DNA from: Octopus sinensis
Lineage: Eukaryota
Reading direction: 5' to 3'
Assembly: GCF_006345805.1 (NCBI RefSeq)
Contig: NC_043001.1
Span: forward strand, 118,234,001-118,298,000
DNA: 64,000 nucleotides
The position numbers and the translations under genes are program-made. Positions 27,753-39,152 of the stretch are shown here, piece after piece. The notes beneath the pieces were generated by a model. That model did not search any database. It saw nothing but the letters and a program-made list of their open reading frames with translations, and was not told the DNA's origin. Position 1 is the first letter of the stretch. Every line of letters starts with the position of its first letter.

Positions 27753-28113
27753 ATGATTTAGCTACATGGAAACTTGTCAACAGCTTTATTGATGTCGTCA
27801 GCATTTTCACCGATCCTCCCCCTCAACCTTCCCCTCAACTCATTCTCCCTGTCTCAATAAATCATTACCCCTCCCCACCTTCTCACATGTTTTTGTTCCA
27901 TTTTTACATGTAAACAACTTTATAAAATGTACTCTTAACCTCTACTTCATGTCAGCAACACCACGTGACTAGTGTAAATACTATAGTTGCTGTTGTTGTT
28001 GAAACTCAGCAAGTTTTTGCCACCTGGCTTTCACCCTGCCAGGTCAGTCAGCCTGTTTGGGAAGCAACCGAACAAAGCACGCAATCCACATTCTGTATAG
28101 AGTCACCACACAC
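27753..28113 (+). repeat. Unclassified 360-bp module, copy A
   Basis: Colinear with the reverse complement of 31063-31426 through shared blocks gatgtcgtcagcatttt, tgtaaacaactttata, caccacgtga and ttttgccacctgg. Confidence 0.8.
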
Positions 28114-28846
28114 GCTCTAATGGGTATTAGTGCAGCAGCTGTCTTACTCTAGAACTAGGTTTATTTGAAGATGGACAAACTTGCCTCGTCACAAGCTCAT
28201 TGTTGGGAATCAGTCGTGTCCCCTGCAGACTCCTCTCATGCTGCTGCTGCTGCTCTGTAATTGCTTGTTTGGCTGAACCTTATTTACAGCAAACCTCCAT
28301 TATTTGAAGGCCACTCCACTATTCATTACCTGTGGATGTGCCATGTAAATATACATGCATGAGTGTGTGTGTGTGAATGCATGTGTGTGTGTGATGATGA
28401 TGATGATTGTAGCAGCTTTGCTGTTTCCAGCATGAAACCTCACAGGTTGCAAGTAAACTTTGCAAAACAGCACATATTGCCCACAATGCGTTGAGTACTT
28501 GTTTTGATTTGCAAACATCATAGCTCCACCAATAAACATACTCATACTACTATACATACATATACACATACGTGCATATAGGCATACATAAATAGATTTT
28601 CTTTTATTCTTTTATTTGTTTTAGTCAATTTGACTGTGGCACCACCTCGAAGGGTTTTGGGTTCATCAAATCTGATGCTTATTTTATCAATCACTTTTTT
28701 GCATGCATATACACAGATGCACACAGACACACACATACACACGATGGGTTTCCACACAGTTTCCATCAACCAAATTCACTTACACCTGGGGCTAGTTGAA
28801 AGATGCAGTAGTTACAAGGGTTTTTACCTACAAGTAAATTCATATA

Positions 28847-28888
<42 letters not shown>

Positions 28889-29586
28889 GAGAGTGATTAA
28901 CAGAAAAAAGTAAATTGAAAATAAAATTGTTATTTATGAGATATATTTTTCAATCTTTATCGAGATCAGTGATTGTGCATCACTTAAAGAATATATAGTA
29001 TTGGCCAGCTGGAAAAGATGTTTTCCTGGGACCAAACCAACAGTAACATTGTCCTTTATAGGACTGTCACATTCTGTTGGCATATAAACTTTACTATTTG
29101 GTACTGTTACTGTATCACTCAGTGATTTAAAACAAATTGTTTTTCTCTATAAGAGATCACTGTCTGTGCGTTACTTAAAGAATATATAGCATTTGCAAGT
29201 GGAGAGCTTTTGTTGCTAGCTTGTGGTTTTCTCACACCAAGGACGAGTAACCACTCAGAAACCTAGGTCTGTGAGTATCACGTAATGCAAGAGATAGGAG
29301 TGATGACCTCCCTTGCAAATGCTATACGGACACAGACTGTTGATAGCCTGCTGTAAAAGATGTTTTTCTGGGGCTAAAACAACAGTAACATCATCCTTCA
29401 TAGGACTGCCACATTCTGTTGGCATATAAACTTTACTATTCAATTTTTATCCTTTTCACTAAAATAATTGGATTTTTTGTTTTGTTTTTTTGTGGGTTAT
29501 TTTACATGTATAGACTAGAACGAACCAGCCTTAACTTCCTCCATCCCTTCATTTACAAATACTAATGTGAAATTATATACATAAAT

Positions 29587-29960
29587 AGGCGCTGGCGTGG
29601 CCCTGTAGTGAAAAGCTTGCTTCCCAGCCAATTTGTTCTGAGTTCAATCCCACTGCATGGCACCTTGGGCAAGTGTTTTCTACTATAGTATTGAGCCGAC
29701 CAAAGTTTTGTGAGTGGATTTGGTAGACGGAAACTGAAAGAAGCCCATCGTATATATGTATGTGTATCTATCTTGGTCATCTCCCACCACTACTTGACAA
29801 CCAGTGCTGGTGTGTTTACGTCCCCAAGTGAATGATAGAATAAGTACCAGGCTTCGAAAAAGTAAGTACTGGGTTAGATACATTCGACTAAAATTTCTTC
29901 AAGGCGATGCTCCAGCATGGCCGCAATCTAATGACTAAAACAAGTAAAATATAAAAGATA
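29587..29960 (+). mobile_element. CORE-type SINE
   Basis: Same head, core and tail as 33078-33474, more diverged. Confidence 0.85.
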
Positions 29961-30015
29961 AAATAAAAACAATATAAACAACAGCTACTGAACTGTTTTC
30001 TTTTGGATCTTTCTT

Positions 30016-30374
30016 TTCTTTTACTTTTACTTGTTTCAGTCATTTGACTGCGACCATGCTGGAGCACCGCCTTTCGTCTTATTCTTTGTAAGCCTAGTAC
30101 TTATTCTATCGGTCTCTTTTTGCCGAATCGCTAAGTTACGGGACGTAAACACACCAGCATCGGTTGTCAGGCGATGTTGGAGGGACAAACACACATATAT
30201 ATATATATATATATATCCGACGGGCTTCTTTCAGTTTCCGTCAACCAAATCCACTCACAAGGTATTGGTCAGCCCGGGGCTATAGTAAAAGACACTTGCC
30301 CAAGGTGCCACGCAGTGGGACTGAACCCATGACCATGTGGTTGGTAAGCAAGCTACTTACCACACAGCCACTCC
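30016..30374 (-). mobile_element. CORE-type SINE, tail-to-tail with the previous copy
   Basis: Reverse complement of the same family. Further diverged copies near 33520-33670, 52500-52670, 56020-56170, 57885-58020 and 58780-58920. Confidence 0.85.
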
Positions 30375-30522
30375 ATGTAATTTCTTTATCGAATAGTTGT
30401 TTAACCCCATTTCAACCGAAATCGAACAGACAGACGATCAATAGTGCTACAGCCGTCTCCATTTCTCATTTGAAATATACTTACAGCATTACATTGTTAA
30501 ATGCATTCTTCATATTGTGGAT

Positions 30523-30752
30523 CAGTGATTTCCAACCATTTTCAAACCCATGAACCCTTATGATTCCTATTTTACTCGGGTGGGTCCTCGTAACCATTCG
30601 ATGTTTAGAAAATCCTATAATATTTTTATAATTAAATGTTATTAGGAATTATATTAAAAAAATTTGGGAATTGTAGGCGTATATCCAATTTATTACACAA
30701 AATTTAATATGGACCCTCAAAGGTCAAATGCACCTCGGTTGAAAAATTATTG
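30523..30752. mobile_element. hAT-like MITE
   Basis: cagtgatttccaacc ... ggttgaaaaattattg: imperfect CAGTG-type TIRs; no clear 8-bp TSD. Confidence 0.5.
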
Positions 30753-30753
30753 C

Positions 30754-31013
30754 GGCGATCTTTCGTCTCTAGTAGACCTTTCCGTCGATTACACAACATA
30801 CTGTCTGTCTCCCACACCCCATCAAACACACACATGTACATCAATGCTCCCATGCACGGTAACTTCAAAAGAACTTCCCTCCTCATACAATCGCTTTGTC
30901 TTAGTCTCTTTCGCTCTCATTACTTCAAAAGTTCCCGCAAGCCCATATGTAAAAAAAAAATTTTTTTTTTTACGGAAATCGACGGAAAGGTCTACTAGAG
31001 ACGAAAGATTGCC
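30754..31013. repeat. 260-bp element bounded by 33-bp perfect (37-bp imperfect) inverted repeats
   Basis: atctttcgtctctagtagacctttccgtcgatt (30758-30790) versus its reverse complement at 30977-31009. Confidence 0.85.
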
Positions 31014-31062
31014 AATTATTGCTGTAGAGTGTGATTTGTGGAAAATTCCGCTGCAGAGTTAA

Positions 31063-31426
31063 GTGCGCCGTGACTCCATACAAAATGTGGGTTACGAGCT
31101 TTGTTTATTTTGCTTCAGAAAACAAGGTTGGCTGAGTTAGCAGTGAAAACCAGGTGGCAAAAGCTTGTCAAGTTTCCATAATAGTAACTGCAATATTTAC
31201 ACTATTCACGTGGTGCATGAAAGCAGAAGCTACGAGTACTTGCTATAAAGTTGTTTACAAGTAAAAGAAGGAACAAAAGCATGCGAGAAGGTGGGGGGGG
31301 GGAGAAGGTAAAGATTAACTGAGAGAGGAAAGGGTGAACTGAGTAGCAATTGAAGGTGAAGGTCGATTAAAATGCTGACGACATCAGTAGTAAGGCTTGT
31401 TGACGGGTTACCAGTAGCTAAACCAT
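31063..31426 (-). repeat. Unclassified 360-bp module, copy B (inverted)
   Basis: See copy A. Confidence 0.8.
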
Positions 31427-32039
31427 ATCGAGCGCTCGAGCTTGTGTCTGTCCCCTCCCCTATACAGATTTAATCTCGAGGGTTTAAAGGTATCTATTTC
31501 CTCCTTTTCAGAGTGACTGATAAAAACAGGATTAAGTTTCTTTTTGTCTTGGGGAGTGGGTGTGCTTAAGATATAAATTTCATTTATTCTTTTGCTTATT
31601 TCTCTTACTGGACTGTATCTATGCTGGAGGGACAGTCTTGAAAGACTTTCCTTATTGGTCTTTTGCCGAATCGCTAAGTGACACCGACGTGAAAACACAA
31701 CACCAATTGACAAACGATGAGACACACCTTCCACTACCTCTCTCGTATTTATGTATATATGCACGTGTGTGTGTGTGTGTCTGCATTTATGCACGTACAT
31801 ATGTATGACTACAGCTGTAGGAATTAGAGCTCCACGTGGATTATTATTATTATCCAGTTAACATCCAGTACAGCGACATTCATTCACAATAATCGTGTGA
31901 TGTGAAGACAAGGAGATCACAAACGTTGTTCTCAGGTGGTCCCATTCACTCTAAGGAGTAAAGTTCAACACAGAATAGTAAACTAAGTAAACCACTCAAT
32001 TTTAATTAACACCGTTTATTTATTTATTCATTAATTATC

Positions 32040-32313
32040 CTGGCACTCCATTGTGGAATTAATGTGGGCGTGGCTGAGCACTCCACAGACATGCATACCC
32101 TTTATGCAGTTCTCAGAGAGATTCGGTATAACACAAAATGTGACAAAGCCCAGCCCTTTGAAATACAGGTACAACTCATTTTTGCCAGTTGAGTGGTCTG
32201 GAACAACGTGAAATAAAGGGTCTTGCTCAACAACACGGTACCACCACTGGGAATCGAACTCATGACCTTATGAATGTGAGTGGATTACCGTAACCCCCAA
32301 GCCACACGCCTTC
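32040..32313 (-). mobile_element. Third tRNA-derived SINE family
   Basis: Minus-strand head gaaggcgtgtggcttggg...gagttcgattccc then ttgttgagcaagacc; related copies at about 44940-45240 and 15030-15215. Confidence 0.75.
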
Positions 32314-33077
32314 CCTATTTATTATATGACTTTATTCAAAGGAGGAAGAGAAGCATTTTTAGGCCCCTTGAGGCTTATCAAATGGAATTATCTTCACACT
32401 GGTAATCAGACCTGAATGCTTGGAACAGAGTTACCTTTGCTTAAGATCCTCAAGGGCCTGGCAGTGGTGGTGTTAAACTAGGCACTCCATCATGAAGCAC
32501 CCCAGACAACATGAGTTGCAAGGTACCTTCAGCCAGCCCTGAAATACTGGAAACTGAAGTAACAATTTAAGTAACTTGATTCTGTTAAAAGATCTGTCTC
32601 AATATATCTCAAATTAATATAATCAATAAACCACTAAACTTAATTACTGAGGGAATATTATCCACAGTTAAGTTAAAATTGATTTCAAATTTTGGCAGAT
32701 GGCCAAAAGTTTGGCAAGGGGGGGGGGTTTAAGTCAATTAAATTGATCTCAGCGTTTATCTGGTACTTATTTTATCCACTCCAAAAGGATGAAAGGCAAA
32801 GTTGATCCCAGCAAAATTTGAACTTAGAACAAAAACACAAATGACATACTGCTAAGTATTTTGCCCAGCATGCTAACAATTCTGCCAACTCACCTCCTTC
32901 ATTTAAGTGAATATTAACATATTTAATGTAGTGAGATTAAAAAACGATAATTGGAAATATATGTAGAAATGATTAAAATAACGAGTCATTGAACTACTTA
33001 ATGTTGTCTTTTCCTCACCATATAACAATTATCTAATTACATTTTCTGATATTCATTAGTTTTTTTTAGTATTGAAT

Positions 33078-33474
33078 GGGCGCAGGAGTGGCTGTGTGGT
33101 AAGTAGCTTGCTTACCAACCACATGGTTCCGGGTTCAGTCCCACTGCGTGGCACCTTGGGCAAGTGTCTTCTACTATAGCCTCGGGCTGACCAAAGCCTT
33201 GTGAGTGGATTTGGTAGACAGAAACTGAAAGAAGCCTGTCGTATATATGTATATATATGCATGTGTATGTTTGTGTGTCTGTGTTTGTCCCCCTAGCATT
33301 GCTTGACAACTGATGCTGGTGTGTTTATGTCCCCGTTACTTAGCGGTTCGGCAAAAGAGACCGATAGAATAAGTACTGGGCTTACAAAAGAATAAGTCCC
33401 GGGGTCGAGTTGCTCAATTAAAGGCGGTGCTCCAGCATGGCCGCAGTCAAATGACTGAAACAAGTAAAAGAGTA
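33078..33474 (+). mobile_element. tRNA-derived CORE-type SINE, full length
   Basis: tRNA-like head (A box gtggctgtgtgg, B box gggttcagtccc), CORE-like ggcaccttgggcaagtg, tail ggtgctccagcatggccgcagtcaaatgactgaaacaagtaaaagag. Confidence 0.88.
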
Positions 33475-33699
33475 ATTGTGAAGCCTACCAAGAAATGCTA
33501 GTTATACATACAACAGGCTTCAACACAGTTTCTCTTTTATCTTATTTCACTCGAAAGATATTGATCAACCCAAAGCTATGGTAGAAGATATATGGTCAAA
33601 ATGATATGCAGTGGGACTGAACTTGAAACCACAGGGCTGTGAAACAAATTTCTTAGCCACACAGTCTATTGTCATTGATAATGTAACTGAAGCTACAAA

Positions 33700-36600
33700 C
33701 AGTTGACATTACATGGCTAATAATCAACATTGTACATGACAAACTTCTAATTACTATAATTATCATTCTGACAAAATACACAGGTATCCTGACTACACAT
33801 TATAGAAAACAACATTGAGTCAATGACAAGAACTGTAAATGTAGACACTTGACCTACTAAATAAAAAAAAAACCCATCAAAAATCAGTGTCATTCCAGAG
33901 ATTAGTGTTTCAAATCTTTTACAACTTTAACAAATTAATAAACCTTCAGTGATCCTTTTTGTAAAGAATATTTCTATAGGACACACTTAATATTTCATAC
34001 ATTTGAAGAGAAATATTCCCTTTTTTTTTTGGTAAATTTTGTCTTGTGGCCTTTATGCTTATACCTTACTGTATAACATATTCTTTAACACTTCACATTT
34101 TCCCAAATTAAAAGATAATGACACTGCAACTTTTTCAGAATTATCATTTGATAACCTCACAAATACACAAACTCCTGTGTTACAACAAGGTCACTTCATA
34201 CCCAGAATCTCTAGTGATGGCCATCTGGAGAACAGTGTTTGCTACTTTACTTGCTTATCCAAAAGGTTCCAAAGGGCAAATGATAGTACTAGCTTATCAT
34301 CTGCTCTCGAGTTCAGCAAACTGTACTTTATGTAGCTTCATCGTTTCTGAGATAAGTCCCATATCTTTGACTTGGTATTAAATTGTGTTTTCCATGAAAG
34401 ATTTTGTGCTCTATGTAAAAGTTTCAGATGTTATACCATGACCTCAAGAATTACTGCCCAAGATAGATTTTGGCTCAAGGAAACACGAGATGGTCAGAGC
34501 TGGAACTCCTTGGACCATACATCTGTCTGATCAGGTTTGACCTAGAGCTTAATGCTTTTGTTACCAATATTTCTGTTGAAATACCCTGCCTTTCTTTCAA
34601 TTATTTTCGAAAATAAATTTATTATTCACTGGTATTTGGATCACCAATTAACATGAAATTTTGCTAGGTTTTAATTTAAATCAACTTTCAAACTAAAAGT
34701 TTGTAATATAGAAAGCTAGTTTTACTATCAAAAAGGGCTTAAAAGAAAAAAAAAGGTTGTGCAAGATCCATGAATGACATGTCTTTTTCACACTTAATGC
34801 AGAGAGCTACACATTTTAATTGAAACTTCTTGATGTCAACTTTTAGAAGCCAGAGCAATCTTGGTGAAGATGCATTTTCCAACAGAATTCAAAAGTTTTA
34901 AGAATGTAATTTCAACATTGACTCCCTCCCTCAAGTTAAGGATAGAGTGACTAATGTAATCTGGAAAAAAATGAATGGTCATAGATTTTAATTCATTCAG
35001 TCTGGGTTGAACACCACCACCAAAAACAACACATCATTAGTCTTGCTCAATATGGAATACAAACCACACAGGCCTTAAAGAGGAACTTTCTTAATTGCTA
35101 ACACAGAGCTGAAAATTCTATCATTTGAAATGTTGGGGATCACATAATAAAACTGAAGTCCATGCTCCTCAGAAGGATATTAACAAAGGAGAAATTAAGT
35201 TTCATAACCTATTGAATTTAATAATAAATTAGTTTCAATTTATCAAAAATTTACTCTCTACTCAATGGTACTTGCATTAGATGAAACTGTGATTACTGAC
35301 CCAGTTTAGAAGACCACAGATAATGTGGATGAGAATAAGGCTGTGATAATGGTCATTGCTTGCTTTCTTGTATGTATTGAGCAAGATAAATGAATTGAAA
35401 TATTAAGCTAGAATTGAAAATTACTGATGAAAAGTACATCTCAAGGTTAACATTACCCTGGTATTTACCACAATGTAACTAATCAATAAGGTTTAATCAA
35501 TATGAATTTAACATATTTAAGGGTATATCATGGCTTAGTGGTAAGTAGACTGACTTCAGATTAAGTTGCTGGGCTACACAGAGGAAAAAAAAAAAAGGTC
35601 ATGAATTATCAAAACTATACTATTGTATTTAGAAGCAATGTATAATATTCTGTTTGTTTGTTTACCAAGTGGGAAGTAGGTATTTGAACTTCACAGCAAA
35701 TAAGTTATAAAAATATTTAGCTCACAAGAAAAAAAATCCTACTCCAGTAGACTTTTTTTTTTTTACACTACTTTTCTTGAAAATGATGAATAACTAATTT
35801 AACTGAAAACCAACCCAGCAAGCAGTAACTTTATATGTTGAGAATGTTTTAGTACTTGTATGTATTTAAAATGATAAAGTGTAATGAATGATCATTGACT
35901 AGACTAGAGGGTCAGTAAAACAGGTGGGTCACTATCACTGAGTTCCCTGTGGGCCTCAGACCTTTTCTAAAAGGTTTTAAAATTTAAATGAATTTGCAGG
36001 GTACTGAGCAACTGATGGCTTTTGGAGTGTCTTATGCTACAGTTTTATTCTTACTTACATAAACATTGTTAATAATGGAAATAGGGAGATACACAGGGTT
36101 GTTTTTGTGGGCTATAGGTATATGTAAAAGAGAAAGATTATACCTAATATATAACAACCAGTTTGATTAGCTATCCTTTTGTCACAATTTTGTTTCCACA
36201 GAGCTACTTGGGACTAGATTACAAAAGCAACTGACAGCAGATTGATATGGGCAAGTTTAGGATCAATTATATTGAGGTAGCCAGTAGACATCTTAACTTT
36301 ACAAGATGTACCTTTTGGTTAGAAAGACAATTGTTAAGTGACCAGCATCCAAATTAAATTACGAGGTTTGAAAATCTGAATCAAAGTGATTTATAAGATA
36401 TTTGATAAAGTATTGTAAGATGAAACTAATAAGAAAATGGAGGAAACATGCTTGGAAATTGGACAGATGGAATGAGGTAAAGTTGGACAGTAACAGGTTT
36501 TATGAAATGATTATCAACATTTTTGAAAGAGCAAATAATATACAATTACAGCATAAATGAAAACGGGGACTTGAAATTTTCAACGGTTGATCTAGTTAGA

Positions 36601-37529
36601 CTTATTATTTCATTACTGTCACACTGGCCCATTGGAACTTGTAACCAAAGGTGCTTTTATTGTTCAAAATTTGCCATATAAAATAGAAATAAATTAGAGT
36701 TAAAACAGTCAAGCAGCTCAACCAAACTGTTAATTAATCAAGATGAAATCTAAGCATTTTCTAATGATGAAGCACTGACGATAAACAGACATTATACACT
36801 GCCAGACTCTCTCCATCAACAACAAAAAAAACCCCATCAGTGTTAATAGACATAATATTGTTTACTTAAAAAATAATAAATTATTTCGACAGTTAATAAA
36901 TAATTATTTATTTGAGTTTGCTACATTACTTCTTTTGTACAGGAAAAACACAAATTTTAAAGAAGGTTTTTAAATTTCATTAATGCATGTATTTGAACAT
37001 ATAATTCTTTGGACCATTGCTGTAAAATATTATGATGATAAATGTAGAGAACAAAACAAAACATCTTGGAAGAAGATCTAGCAAGGAAAATCTAATACAT
37101 TTTCACTTGCTGGATATAATTAGCTTACTTCACTCATCTCTAATGACATTTAGAATGGTATAAATACCACACTCACTATAATTTTCATTTCTTCTCAGTG
37201 AAGTTAGGACCTAGTGCCTATCTAAGAAACTGATATTATTCAACAGGCACTGGGATAAAACCAGTTATCTGCAACAAAGAGGTAAGCTCCAAGCAAACCA
37301 TGTTTAATCCCAGGTTATATCCTATCACACAATCTTACTTTCCATCCTAAAAAAAACAAACAAAAAAACAAAAACAATTTGGACTAAAACCCAAAGCAAA
37401 ATGAAATACTTTAAATGGTAGATAACAAATAACAAAAAGTTTTGACCTAAAAATTATTTATTTAAAGATTGGATTGGGATCAGATAGGGGAATTTTCAGA
37501 AGTCAAAATGGGGCATTTGACTGAGAGTG
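33700..37529 (-). other. Putative long 3' UTR / 3' flank of the POLDIP3-like gene
   Basis: AT-rich stretch after the stop codon that nearly lacks young SINEs and microsatellites; minus-strand AATAAA/ATTAAA hexamers at about 36656, 36045, 35217 and 34618. True end not determinable. Confidence 0.35.
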
Positions 37530-37764
37530 TCAAATTTTCACAGTAAAAGTCACAGGTCGACTGCCTGCTTGAGTAGAGGCTGCAGTACTGCTGCTACCAG
37601 CATTTGAACCTTTGTTGCTAAATAGTGCTTTATGAATTAGATTCACATCAACTACAGCAGTTGATGAAGTAGAAGAACTCTGTGAGGTTGTTCCACCACG
37701 GGTTGATGTACCACTATCCAGTTTAGGATTGGCACCAGAACTACTGTTTAAATCTTTCCGGAAC
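37530..37764 (-). CDS. POLDIP3: POLDIP3-like last coding exon (FRKDL...VDVNLIHKALF...RPVTFTVKI-stop)
   Basis: Acceptor ttgattgcag|G; 235 nt; stop TGA at 37530-37532. VDVNLIHKALF and RPVTFTVKI* resemble the conserved POLDIP3 C-terminus. Confidence 0.9.
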
Positions 37765-39055
37765 CTGCAATCAAAACAGGTGTGTCAGTTAAAAGAGAGA
37801 ACAATAAAACAAGAACAATTCTTTTATTTAACATTTGCACAACATTCATAAAATGCATTCTCAGTTTTTGTCAAAGTTTCTACAAAGACCGATTTATAAA
37901 GGTTACTGATGAACCAATGAGTTATTTCTATTTTTCTGCTGTTTTTATCCTTTTCACAGCCGAACTGTTTCACACATAAAAAATGTTGTTTCAGTACACA
38001 CACAATAAAACTTAAATGATAAATGCAAAAATAGCTGTCAAACTGTGTTAAATTAACTTATGTAACTTTGCATGGAAAGTGTTAAAAGTTCGCATGAATG
38101 AAAATTATCTTGATTATATTGGTATAGCAAACTTGAAAAATAAATCAAAAAAAAAAAAAAAAACATGTACTTATTAATTTTAGATATTGTAATCCCCTTT
38201 TCAAAAAAAAATTATTGCAGATAAAAAAGAATAAAAGCTAGATAGAGGAGTGGCGGAATAGATATGAAAAAAATAAATAAATAAAAAGAGTTACGTGTCA
38301 TTAGATCTCCAGTATTCACTTTTAGATCTCTTTATAATTAGGAGAGAAGGAAGTGTTGTGATGGAAAGGAGGAAGAAATCCTCAATCTGACACCTGGCCT
38401 CAATGCTTGCTATGGACTAAACTCTGCTAAAGGAATGCAAGGAGCCAGGTGATGAATTAAGTCCACCACCTAGGTAGGTCAAGGCAGGATTTAAATTTTG
38501 AATGCAAAGAACTGGAACAAATCCTGCAAGGTATGTGGCACAACAATCATACACTTGTATATATCTACTGTACTTTATTTTGAGCACAAAAAGACAAAAG
38601 GTAAAATTGGTTTCAATGGGATTTCAATTCAGGGAGTTGAAACAAATAGCATGAGACATTCCATCTGATGCTTGACAACTCTGCCAATTCACTGCCAACA
38701 AAGAATTATATGGTATTTATTCTTGTAGTTGGGTAATCCTGAAATGATCTGGTTTAGAAGCTCAGTCGCTGTGAAGTACTTTGATGTTTAAACATCAACA
38801 TGCTGTGATAATGATCATTAATTAATTACATCAGAGAAGCACTCAACATTTGGTTAGCATTATACAAATGCATCTTCAATTTGTGATGTTTATTGACCTC
38901 AACCCTAAACAATTTTATTGTATTATACCTTTTAATCTTATGACTCCCAGCTTAAAAGAACCAACAACTGACAGAATTGTTAGACCTTGTCATTAATATA
39001 GCATCGTAAACTAGACTATGTAACTCAATAAAGGAATCACAAACGGAATACATAC

Positions 39056-39152
39056 TTGAGAGGTTCTCCCAGAGATTTTGGTATTGCGGAACTGGAGTGG
39101 AGAGAAAACACTGGAGATGTAGGAGTCGTCATTTTTACTATCATTGGCTGAC
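39056..39152 (-). CDS. POLDIP3: POLDIP3-like exon, end of RRM (GQPMIVKMTTPTSPVFSLHSSSAIPKSLGEPLK)
   Basis: Acceptor ctcacatatatatag|GT, donor CTCAA|gtatgt; 97 nt, phase 1/2. Completes LDGQPM and joins the flanking exons in frame. Not in the supplied ORF track. Confidence 0.9.

Noticed and set aside
29299-29310. C/D-box snoRNA in the 142-bp stem-loop
   Set aside because: The GTGATGA motif lies at the 3' side with no D box positioned after it; the arrangement is wrong on both strands.
31374-31410. Hammerhead core CTGACGA in the duplicated module
   Set aside because: No stem II followed by GAAA in either copy.
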